A stretch of 64,000 nt of DNA from Candidatus Micrarchaeota archaeon (lineage in GTDB: Archaea; Micrarchaeota; Micrarchaeia; Anstonellales; JAHKLY01). A program made the position numbers and the translations under genes. The stretch is taken from assembly GCA_020854825.1 (NCBI GenBank), contig JAHKLY010000006.1, positions 1-64,000 of the forward strand, read 5' to 3'. Below, piece after piece: positions 1 through 8,814 of this stretch (positions within the stretch are counted from its first letter, which is position 1; each line of letters opens with the position of its first letter). The notes beneath the pieces were generated by a model. The model did not search any database and was not told the DNA's origin. It was given only the letters and a program-made list of their open reading frames with translations.

Positions 1-744
1 AGATAATTTAAGTTTGTGAGGGTGGAGAGTGCGCTTATGTCTGAGATTTGGTTGTTGTATAGGTAAAGTTGTTGTAAGTTTGTGAGAGTGGAGAGTGCGC
101 TTATGTCTGAGATTTGGTTGTTGTATAGGTAAAGTTGTTGTAAGTTTGTGAGGGTGGAGAGTGCGCTTATGTCTGAGATTTTGTTGCCGGATAGGGAAAG
201 ATAAGTTAAGTTTGAGAGGGGGGAGAGTGCGCTAATGTCTGAGATTTGGTTGTTGTTTAGGTAAAGCCAATTTAAGTTTGTGAGGTCGGAGAGTGCGCTA
301 ATGTCTGAGATTTGGTTGCCCCATAGGGAAAGAGTTTGTAAGTTTGTGAGGGTGGAGAGTGCGCTAATGTCTGAGATTTGGTTGGAGCCTAGTTCAAGAT
401 AAGTTAAGTTTGTGAGAGTGGAGAGTGCGCTTATGTCTGAGATTTGGTTGTTGCGTAAGATAAGTTGTTGTAAGTTTGTGAGGGTGGAGAGTGCGCTTAT
501 GTCTGAGATTTGGTTGGCGCCTAGGTAAAGACCTTGTAAGTTTGTGAGGGTGGAGAGTGCGCTTATGTCTGAGATTTTGTTGTCGCCTAGATTAAGAGAA
601 TTTAAGTTTGTGAGGGTGGAGAGTGCGCTAATGTCTGAGATTTGGTTGTTGTTTAGGTAAAGTTGTTGTAAGTTTGTGAGGGTGGAGAGTGCGCTAATGT
701 CTGAGATTTGGTTGTTGCCTAGGATAAGAGTATTTAAGTTTGTG
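1..744 (-). repeat. Tandem 66-bp (22-codon) coding repeat, at least 11 full units, continuing off the left edge
   Basis: Near-invariant AAGTTTGTGAGGGTGGAGAGTGCGCT(T/A)ATGTCTGAGATTTGGTTG starts at 10, 76, 142, 208, 274, 340, 406, 472, 538, 604, 670 (degenerate at 736), each followed by a variable 21-bp block. Confidence 0.97.
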
Positions 745-3700
745 AAATATTCTAAACCTGTTAAATCTGAGATTTCTCTTGAACCTGCCCATAGTTCAGT
801 TAATGTTAATGCATCGCAGTCTGTAACTGTGCATCCCGGGTCTTCTCCTAATGCAGAACAAACTGCATTTAATAAGCCTGAGTCAGGGATTGAGATTGGA
901 GTGCATACTGAACAAACCTCAGTGCATGTTACAGGATTTGAATTATTTTCTAAAATGTCACAAGTATTGTCACCAGAGTTTCCTGAAGAATCTAGAATCT
1001 CAATGTCAATAATTCCGTTTGAGCAGACAGTGTTGTTTGTGAATGTGTTGAAGGAGCTGGAGAAGAGGAAAATACCATTACCATCGTTTTCATTTACAAT
1101 ATTATTTCTAAAACTGTTGTTATTTGAATTGGTTACAATCCAGAAACCAAAGTTATTTAATGTGGCTGTATTGTTTGTTAAGGTATTAAAAGAACTCTGG
1201 TAAAACCGGAAGCCATAACTATTTAATGTGGCAGTATTGTTTTGGATTAATCCATAATCCGCTGAATTGGCAAAATAAATGCCCCTGTTAAAATTATTAA
1301 TTACGCAGTTTTCTACAGTTACATTATCAAAACCTTCATTATAAACTCCATAACCAGTTCCATTTCCTGTTATTGTGTGGCCTGCACAATCTAATGTAAC
1401 ATCACTCGCATTTATTATAAATAAAGTCCCATTAACATCTAAATCAGTTTCAAGTATATAATTTTCATTTACATATATTGGGGGTGAAATAACCCACGGA
1501 TCAATATATATTTGGTCTCCTTGTTCTGAATCTAAATAAACTGAATATTTAAATACACCATTTTTAGGCAATACTTCAAAATTAACAAGAATTGAACTTC
1601 TTGCTGGAACTAAAATACCAGTAACTGCGTCTGTTCCTCCAAAATCATAATAAATCTTACCAAGTGTATTTGTTGAATCAACTTCTTTTGTATTTATGTC
1701 TTGTTTTGTAGCACTTCCTCCACTATTAAGACCATATGTTTTCATATCTAACGAATTAATTATATTTGCATCATTTGCATCTACTTCTAATCTTAATTTA
1801 GTATGTGTAGCAACCTCTCTTTGATTTCCAATAATGAATGCGATTTCACATAACTCATTAGGAGTACAAACTTTGTTTTCTTCAGATATAGTTAAAGTTA
1901 TTTGACCAGTTTGTGATTTTTCTTCAATTGCTGTATCATAATTAATTTCTTGTTGCTCATATTTTCGTAATCCATTTTGATCTACAAGTGCAACAGTAGT
2001 TGTAACTTTTTCTTTACAATCTTGTGGACATACTTTTGAATTTTCTTGTGGATAATTACAAATTCCATCCCCACACATTATTTGATTTTCTGGTTTATAT
2101 ATATTTTCAGTAGCGTATTGTCCTTTACAATTTATTATCTCTGTTTCCATATTGTCTTTAATTAATTGAATACATTGCTGATCATTTCCACACTCATTTA
2201 AATTAAATTTACTACTTTCATAAATTGTATTTATACATTGCTCTGTCAATTCCCAGGTTTTTGGTTGTTCTGGCTCACCACAATCCTGTGGACAATTATC
2301 TTGATTTTCATCTCCTTCACATTTTCCATCTCCGCATATTATTTCTTCAACAGGACATGTTTCAGAACAATAAAGTTCTCCATAATCGCAAATATTTGAT
2401 TCAAAATTATATTGTTGTGCTTGTTCAAATGCTTTTCCTACCCCATCACAAATAGTATTACTAATTATATCTACTTGTGCATTTACTCCTTGAAATCTCA
2501 CAAATGAAATCCCTGTGTTAGCATTTGAAATTGTATTTGAAGATATTTCTATATTTAAAGATAACAAACCAGGAATTGAATTTTGTGATTCTCTTAAAAC
2601 TAGACATTCTTGAAAATTACCACATAAAGAATCTGCACAATCTGTTAACCCATCTTCATTGTTATCTATTCCATCATTACAAATCTCTTCTGGTTCTTGT
2701 GGTTCTTCAATAACTACTTCTTGCCATACACAGTGTTTTTGCATTTGGCATGCTTGTTCATCAGTTAGTTGTGGACAATTAATTGTTTGTCCATAACATA
2801 TATTTTTATCTTTATCCCATAAACAGTCTTTTTGCATTTCACATAGTTGTTCATCCTTTATTTGTTGACATAAAATTGCGTTCCCTACACATTCATATTC
2901 TACTGGCTCCTGAGGTTGTTCATAAGTACATTGTTCTCCTACCATACACCCAATTTGTCCATTAAAAACACATTTATGATATCCATTTGATATTTCATAA
3001 TGCCCATCACATTCTTTTGAAGGGTCATTTAAACCTTTAATATCTATACATAAGTCTACAGGAGTTCCAGAACATGTTGGTAATTGTAGCTGTGGTTCCA
3101 CACATATACAATTTTCACAAATATAAGTTTCACCTAGATTAATACAATCTACGTTTTGTTCACATTGTTCATTGCCCTCTATTCTTCCATCACCACATAC
3201 AACTGGAGAAGGACAAACTGCATTACAATTTTGGTCTGTAAATAATGTTGCTCCATTATCATTTGTCCAACAAGGATAACAGCTTTCTGGGCATTCAAAA
3301 TATTCTGTACAATCAGATATACATTCTGGATCTTTTGAACAATCTGGGTCTTCACAGTCTACTAATCCATCTCCATCATTATCAATTACATCATTACAAA
3401 TTCTTTCATTACAAATCTCACAATTTACTGTAGAAAAACATTTTCCTTTTCCGTCTGTGTATTGACATCCTTCATAAGGACATGCTTGAGTATCTAAAGT
3501 ACAAGAAGATGCACAATCTGCAGGGCAATTGTCCGATGTTTCTTTTTCATAAAAAATACATCCAAAAGATTCACAACTTTCTTGTGCATTACTAAAATAG
3601 GAACATTCTATCATTCCACCGGCACATTCAATTCCTTCAGTTGTCCAGATTGCATTATTTTTTTCACAATCTTGTTTTGTTTTAAATTGTCCAACAGAAC

Positions 3701-4595
3701 ATGTCCCTACTTCTTCTAACCTACATCCAAAATTAACATTTTCATTACATTCTGTTTCATTTAACACAGAACAATCTAATTGCTGATCTCCTTCACACAT
3801 AGAGGTATCACATTTTCCATCTCCACATTGAGGAGGATCAATATAAATTGCTGTTGCTGAACCATAAATGTTATTTTCTGTTATTATCAAATCATAATAA
3901 TTTTCAAAATTCTTAAAATAAACAGCAAAAATCCCATATTTCCCGCCAGTAATTTGATTATTTTGAATAGTCCCAGATGTAGAAATAGTGTATATGGCTG
4001 CTTCATTAAAATTAGAAAAATCTGTGTTATAAATATAAATATCTTGAACTTCTTTTATTATTAAACCATAATTTGCATTTCCAGAATTTATTATGCTGTT
4101 GGTAATTTCTAATGTGGTAGATGAACCTTCAACATAAATTCCTTGATGTGGTAAATATCCTGTTTGTGTTGAACCTGCATTTAATATTTGACTATTATCT
4201 ATAAATACATTTGAACCATCATGCACATAAAAAATATAAGACCCCCCAGATATCATACTTGTTTGGGAAATATTTAAATCACCAAAAATTTCAATTGCTC
4301 CGCCATCCATATCAATTGAAACGCCATTTAATGTTAATGAACCTGTTTCAGTAATTCGGATAGTTTGCCCATTCATTTCAATATACCCGCCAGTACAAAC
4401 CTGGTTATCACTAATCACCCATGGCTCTTCTTGACCTGCTTGTAATTTACAAGTTTCGCCTAAATCACTAGGACTTTCTGGGATATTAATTGCTCCAAAA
4501 GTTAATCCTTTATCTGATGGTAATTCTATGCATCCAAACAAAATCAAGGCAGCACATAATACTGCAAACATATTTTTTAAATTATTTCTATTCAT
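1..4595 (-). CDS. Giant surface lipoprotein (>1530 aa, 3' end beyond window): lipobox, beta-helix, Cys-rich repeats, NosD-like repeats, internalin-type LRR array
   Basis: ATG at 4595 (MNRNNLKNMFAVLCAALILFGC, lipobox-like). The same frame reads LSTLTNLNY at the window edge, and the absence of any minus-strand ORF here in the track is consistent with no stop. Contains CGDGxC..CPxDC and ICNDGIDNxxDGLxDC motifs, an LRR cap (IPDSGLLNAVCSAL..EISDLTGLEYFTNL) and LxxLxLxxNQISDISALSTLTN repeats. Confidence 0.9.
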   Translation of the reverse strand, partial: MNRNNLKNMFAVLCAALILFGCIELPSDKGLTFGAINIPESPSDLGETCKLQAGQEEPWVISDNQVCTGGYIEMNGQTIRITETGSLTLNGVSIDMDGGAIEIFGDLNISQTSMISGGSYIFYVHDGSNVFIDNSQILNAGSTQTGYLPHQGIYVEGSSTTLEITNSIINSGNANYGLIIKEVQDIYIYNTDFSNFNEAAIYTISTSGTIQNNQITGGKYGIFAVYFKNFENYYDLIITENNIYGSATAIYIDPPQCGDGKCDTSMCEGDQQLDCSVLNETECNENVNFGCRLEEVGTCSVGQFKTKQDCEKNNAIWTTEGIECAGGMIECSYFSNAQESCESFGCIFYEKETSDNCPADCASSCTLDTQACPYEGCQYTDGKGKCFSTVNCEICNERICNDVIDNDGDGLVDCEDPDCSKDPECISDCTEYFECPESCYPCWTNDNGATLFTDQNCNAVCPSPVVCGDGRIEGNEQCEQNVDCINLGETYICENCICVEPQLQLPTCSGTPVDLCIDIKGLNDPSKECDGHYEISNGYHKCVFNGQIGCMVGEQCTYEQPQEPVEYECVGNAILCQQIKDEQLCEMQKDCLWDKDKNICYGQTINCPQLTDEQACQMQKHCVWQEVVIEEPQEPEEICNDGIDNNEDGLTDCADSLCGNFQECLVLRESQNSIPGLLSLNIEISSNTISNANTGISFVRFQGVNAQVDIISNTICDGVGKAFEQAQQYNFESNICDYGELYCSETCPVEEIICGDGKCEGDENQDNCPQDCGEPEQPKTWELTEQCINTIYESSKFNLNECGNDQQCIQLIKDNMETEIINCKGQYATENIYKPENQIMCGDGICNYPQENSKVCPQDCKEKVTTTVALVDQNGLRKYEQQEINYDTAIEEKSQTGQITLTISEENKVCTPNELCEIAFIIGNQREVATHTKLRLEVDANDANIINSLDMKTYGLNSGGSATKQDINTKEVDSTNTLGKIYYDFGGTDAVTGILVPARSSILVNFEVLPKNGVFKYSVYLDSEQGDQIYIDPWVISPPIYVNENYILETDLDVNGTLFIINASDVTLDCAGHTITGNGTGYGVYNEGFDNVTVENCVINNFNRGIYFANSADYGLIQNNTATLNSYGFRFYQSSFNTLTNNTATLNNFGFWIVTNSNNNSFRNNIVNENDGNGIFLFSSSFNTFTNNTVCSNGIIDIEILDSSGNSGDNTCDILENNSNPVTCTEVCSVCTPISIPDSGLLNAVCSALGEDPGCTVTDCDALTLTELWAGSREISDLTGLEYFTNLNTLILGNNQISDISALSTLTNLQQLYLNNNQISDISALSTLTNLNSLNLGDNKISDISALSTLTNLQGLYLGANQISDISALSTLTNLQQLILRNNQISDISALSTLTNLTYLELGSNQISDISALSTLTNLQTLSLWGNQISDISALSDLTNLNWLYLNNNQISDISALSPLSNLTYLSLSGNKISDISALSTLTNLQQLYLYNNQISDISALSTLTNLQQLYLYNNQISDISALSTLTNLNY

Positions 4596-4674
4596 AATAT
4601 CTACCGCATATTTACTTAATATTAAAATATACTACATAAGAGATATTTAAAAACCTTACTTCAGAAAGCTAAAT

Positions 4675-5199
4675 ATGGAAAATGATGAGGATAATTCAGA
4701 AAAAAACAAAAAAACAATAGCTTCAAGAGGAATTCCTTCTTCTAAAGCATTATATTTACCTGCATATAATAGCAGAGAATTAAGAAATTTTCAAGATGAT
4801 AATGAAAATTTAACAAGAAATTTATGGACCTTGGAAGAAGTAATAAATTTTTTATTTCCAAAAGAGGTTCAAGATAGATATAATGAAACTGCTGTTTTGT
4901 TTTTAAAAGAATTAATAAAAAAAGTAGAAATGAATGGGGAAATGACTGGAACTTTCATTTCAGAAAATAATTTATCAAAAGCAACTTTTTATAATAGAGT
5001 TTTACCAAAATTAAAAAAATCTGGTTTAGTAAAAGTAGAAAGAGAAAGCATAACAAATAAAGAAACAAAAAGAAAATACAGACCTATGATTATTTCATTA
5101 AGCAAAACTTTTGGAAATTATTTAACAAAAATAGCAGATTCTTGGTTAGCAGTAGTTGAAGACGCTAGGTATAATAAGAAAAAAAGAGAAAAAGAATAA
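4675..5199 (+). CDS. Hypothetical protein, probable winged-helix domain
   Basis: LSKATFYNRVLPKLKKSGLVKVER resembles a wHTH recognition helix and wing. TATA-like TTTAAAAA about 25 bp upstream. Confidence 0.7.
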   Translation: MENDEDNSEKNKKTIASRGIPSSKALYLPAYNSRELRNFQDDNENLTRNLWTLEEVINFLFPKEVQDRYNETAVLFLKELIKKVEMNGEMTGTFISENNLSKATFYNRVLPKLKKSGLVKVERESITNKETKRKYRPMIISLSKTFGNYLTKIADSWLAVVEDARYNKKKREKE

Positions 5200-5235
5200 A
5201 AAATTATTATCAACGTTTATTTATAGGTGAATAAC

Positions 5236-6165
5236 ATGAAAAACATAACAATTTGTGTATTAGATAAAACACATACATTAGCAAATGAACTTGGAAAAAA
5301 AGGAACACAGACAGATTTACTAATGACGCATAAAAAAATTGAAGATGTTTGGTACACCTTTATTGATCCTATTCAGTATCCTGAAAAAATAAAAGGAGTT
5401 TACAAAGCACTTAATATTAGTAATATAATACTAATTAATATAGATGAAATAGATAAACATTTAGGCGAATTAATTTTAGCTGCACATTCTTCAAATAAAA
5501 AAGGAATATTGTTTTCTAACATATTTTCAAAAGAAGATATACAAAGTTTTATTGAAAAAACAAATTTAAAAAATTGGGAATTAGTAAATGAGATAGATAT
5601 CTCTAAAATAGAAAATCTGGTAAAAGAACTAACACAAGAAGAAAAAAATGCTAAACAAGAAACTGAGATAAGTATTGACCAGGCTTTTCCTGTTAAAGGC
5701 ATAGGCGCAGTTATTTTAGGAAATGTTTTAAACGGCGAGATTAAAGTTCATGATACAATAAAATTATTTCCTTCAAATACAATTGCAGAAGTAAGATCTA
5801 TACAAGTTCATGATACTGATGTTAAGCAAGCAGAAACAGGTGACAGAGTTGGGTTGGCATTAAAAAATGTGGATGTTGAAAAAATAAAAGGGGATGAATT
5901 AATAATTTTAAAAGATAATAATGGATGGGAATTAAAAAAAGATAAAATAGAAATTAAATTTAATCAGGATTTGATTAAAACAGAAATTCCGCAGGTTATT
6001 TATTTATCATACCTGCTCTGCGAAATAAATGCAAAAGTTGAAAAAACTGAAAACAATATATTAACTATTTATTCTGAAAAACCCTTTATTTACAAAAAAG
6101 GCGTCAAAGGATTTATATATCAATTAGACAAGACACCAAGATTCATAGGAACTTTTGAATTTTAA
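5236..6165 (+). CDS. Archaeal SelB-like / EF-Tu domain II protein with degenerate G-domain
   Basis: IDQAFPVKGIGAVILG and VRSIQVHD..A.TGDRVGLALK are EF-Tu/SelB domain II motifs. The N-terminus (LGKKGTQTD) lacks a canonical P-loop. GGTGA RBS. Confidence 0.8.
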   Translation: MKNITICVLDKTHTLANELGKKGTQTDLLMTHKKIEDVWYTFIDPIQYPEKIKGVYKALNISNIILINIDEIDKHLGELILAAHSSNKKGILFSNIFSKEDIQSFIEKTNLKNWELVNEIDISKIENLVKELTQEEKNAKQETEISIDQAFPVKGIGAVILGNVLNGEIKVHDTIKLFPSNTIAEVRSIQVHDTDVKQAETGDRVGLALKNVDVEKIKGDELIILKDNNGWELKKDKIEIKFNQDLIKTEIPQVIYLSYLLCEINAKVEKTENNILTIYSEKPFIYKKGVKGFIYQLDKTPRFIGTFEF

Positions 6166-6328
6166 ACTTACATACTATTACGTTACAAAAGTGATGTTTT
6201 TAAATAATTTATGATACTTCATAAAATTTTAAGATGATATCTTTGATGAATAAATTAAATATTTAAATAAAATTATCAATTTAAAAATATTCAGAAAATA
6301 ATATACTAAAATTAATGGAATTTATTTT

Positions 6329-8206
6329 TTAAATTCCGTGTTCTTTTTTGTACTTTTTCCATGCGCGACTTATTTGTTTCATGTCTAATCCTTCACTTCT
6401 TTTTTCAGATAAAAATTCAGAGTATGTTTTAATTTTTGGTTTTTTCTCTTTTGGTTTTTCTTTTAATTCTAATTTAGTATATTTTGGTTCATTTGAACTT
6501 ATTCCTTTTAATACTTCTAAAATTTGCTCTCTCTCTTCTTCTCTATTCTGTACTTTTTTTAATAATTGACTCTCATTATTCTGTAATGTTTCAATATTAA
6601 TTTCAATTGGTGCTTCTTTTTCACTTGATTCAAATACTTCTACAATTTCTCTACTTTTTCTTAATAAATCTGATATTCTTTGTTTTGTTAATTCTATTTT
6701 TGTATCAATATTCTCTTCTGCTTCTTGTGCTTTATTCAATTCAAATTCATATCCTTTAGAGACTTCATCTAAATCTTCAACATATCTTCTAACAAAATTA
6801 GTTTCAATTGCTTCTCTTAATTTATTATACTCTACTTCATTCTCTTTTATCTGCTCTCCAAATTCATCAATCAAATGTCCATATTCTTCTTTATGTTTTC
6901 TAACCCAGTTTTGAATTTCACCAATCTTTGTAATTTCTTTTTGAAGATCCATTATTCTTTGTTTTTGTGTTTCAACAGAAGAAACTACATCTTCTACTTT
7001 GTGTGCTGCTGTTGTTCTGATATTCTCTAATTTTTCTAAAGAGGTTTCTAAAGAATTTACTCTAACCTGCTCTTCTTCTAATCTTTTTTTAGCAGAATTT
7101 AATTTTTCCCTTACTTCCAGTTCTAAGTTTCCTATTTTTGTTAAAATAGAATTTATTTCTTCAGATTCATCAACACCTAAATTGATATTTTCTCTTGCAA
7201 TTTTCATTTGTTCAAGTGCCTGTTGTTCTAATACAGATAAATCACCTAAAGATTCATTAATTGCAATAGATGCGTCATCAAATGTTTTTCTTGCTTCCTC
7301 TTCAATTTCTTTTAATTTTAACTGTTGTCTATCTACTTCTTCTATAACTCCTGGAAGCATTAAAACTTTTTGTTGTAATTGTAAAATCCTTTCTTCTTTT
7401 TCAGAAATTTTGTCTGATATTGTTTCTAATTCAGATGTAAATTTTTTCTCAATTGGTTCATATGTTTCTCTAAATAATTTTCTTTTTTCTACCTTTAATT
7501 TCTCTAATTCATCTCTAGCTTTATTTACATCTTCCATATATTGTTTTATTTTTTGTGCTCTTGCATCTAATTTAGTTTTTCGTGGTTCTTCAACATTAAA
7601 AATCAATGGTTTTATTTGTATTTCTTTATTTTTTGTTTTATCTACAGAAATAGTAGAAACTTCTCCAGGCAAATTAATATCTGGATTTAATTTTTTAAGT
7701 GCTTCAGCCCTTGTTGTGATTTGTCTAGAATTAATTTCAAATTCTGATTTAATATCTTTAGGAAGTTCAAACTGCCCTATTGTTTCTTCTTCTTTAGAAC
7801 TTGGTAACTCTTTTCTTTTAATACTAACAGAAGAAGGCATTTTTCTTAATCTATCTTCTTTTTTTTTCTCTGTTTTAACAGATAATTCATCATCAGGTAA
7901 TTCTATATCTCTATGTACTGGATATTCGTATTGTTCTGGAGATATATCTACTGGATATGTGGTTTGATCAATAGGTATTTTTCCAGATTGAATTATTTCT
8001 TTTTCACCAGTCCAAGAAATATATACTCTTGTTAAATGGTATGATATGTCTATTAATCCTTCTTCTTCCAAAATAGGTAGCCATCGTTCTAATAAAGAGG
8101 CAGAAATATTCGATTCTTTTGCTAGATCATTTAAAGAAACTTTACCTCTGGTTTTAAGAATATTTATTATTTTATCTATATCTGTGCTAATAAAATCATC
8201 AGCCAT
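6329..8206 (-). CDS. N-terminal wHTH plus long coiled-coil protein
   Basis: Likely start MADDFISTDID just after the rpl10e stop. VSLNDLAKESNIS..ERWLPILEEEGLI is wHTH-like, followed by several hundred aa of E/K/Q/L heptad-rich sequence. Confidence 0.8.
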   Translation of the reverse strand: MADDFISTDIDKIINILKTRGKVSLNDLAKESNISASLLERWLPILEEEGLIDISYHLTRVYISWTGEKEIIQSGKIPIDQTTYPVDISPEQYEYPVHRDIELPDDELSVKTEKKKEDRLRKMPSSVSIKRKELPSSKEEETIGQFELPKDIKSEFEINSRQITTRAEALKKLNPDINLPGEVSTISVDKTKNKEIQIKPLIFNVEEPRKTKLDARAQKIKQYMEDVNKARDELEKLKVEKRKLFRETYEPIEKKFTSELETISDKISEKEERILQLQQKVLMLPGVIEEVDRQQLKLKEIEEEARKTFDDASIAINESLGDLSVLEQQALEQMKIARENINLGVDESEEINSILTKIGNLELEVREKLNSAKKRLEEEQVRVNSLETSLEKLENIRTTAAHKVEDVVSSVETQKQRIMDLQKEITKIGEIQNWVRKHKEEYGHLIDEFGEQIKENEVEYNKLREAIETNFVRRYVEDLDEVSKGYEFELNKAQEAEENIDTKIELTKQRISDLLRKSREIVEVFESSEKEAPIEINIETLQNNESQLLKKVQNREEEREQILEVLKGISSNEPKYTKLELKEKPKEKKPKIKTYSEFLSEKRSEGLDMKQISRAWKKYKKEHGI

Positions 8207-8207
8207 T

Positions 8208-8735
8208 TTATCCGCCCAATTCTTTAACTTCGATTTTATAATCTCCAGATAATTTCGCTTGTGCACGTTTATATGCTGCTTTTACATGTTTGACATTCTT
8301 TTTTCTTGTTTTAATACTAAACACAGTTTGTTCTTTTCTTAATCTTGCCGCTCTATCAATAGGTTTACCAAAAGGAGCTTTCATCCCTCCTTGGATCCTA
8401 TCTGCTCCTGCACCAGTAAGCATTTTATTTTCTCTTATTACCTGATGAGGAAAAACATGAATTCTAAATTTATAATCTTCTGGTGCTGCTTTTTGCATAT
8501 ATTTATGTACTGTTAATCTTGTACTTTCTAACGCATTATCTCTTAACTGAACTGGTTTTAAAGTTATTAATCTAATTTCAACATCAAATTCAATTTTTTC
8601 TTTACCCATATTATAATGGATTAATGTATTGTTTGGTAATGCTTTTATATACGATTTTCTTGGTCTTCTTTTAGAATGTCTTGTCCATGATGGCTTATTT
8701 ACATCCCTACATGTTCTTGCTGGTCTTAATCCCAT
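8208..8735 (-). CDS. rpl10e: 50S ribosomal protein L16/L10e (uL16)
   Basis: MGLRPARTCR..., FPHQVIRENKMLTGAGADRIQGGMKAPFGKP. Confidence 0.97.
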   Translation of the reverse strand: MGLRPARTCRDVNKPSWTRHSKRRPRKSYIKALPNNTLIHYNMGKEKIEFDVEIRLITLKPVQLRDNALESTRLTVHKYMQKAAPEDYKFRIHVFPHQVIRENKMLTGAGADRIQGGMKAPFGKPIDRAARLRKEQTVFSIKTRKKNVKHVKAAYKRAQAKLSGDYKIEVKELGG

Positions 8736-8814
8736 AAATAACACCTCTATTTTAATATCTATATTCTATTTTATATCTTCTGGAATATATAAATTAACAT
8801 CAAAACCATTTAAA

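Noticed and set aside
1-744. CRISPR array (about 45-bp constant plus 21-bp variable units)
   Set aside because: The period is exactly 22 codons, the variable parts are homologous to each other and read in frame as LRRs, and no cas genes are present.
676-3433. Plus-strand ORFs 676-1203, 2225-2455, 2525-2713, 2783-2965, 3245-3433
   Set aside because: Antisense shadows of the giant minus-strand lipoprotein gene.
6166-6328. Possible C/D-box sRNA (several TGATG/ATGA motifs) between convergent genes
   Set aside because: No convincing CTGA D-box or terminal stem; compatible with AT-rich background.
6348-8252. Plus-strand ORFs including the 322-aa ORF 6999-7967
   Set aside because: Ser/Phe-rich antisense mirror of the Glu/Lys-rich coiled-coil gene.
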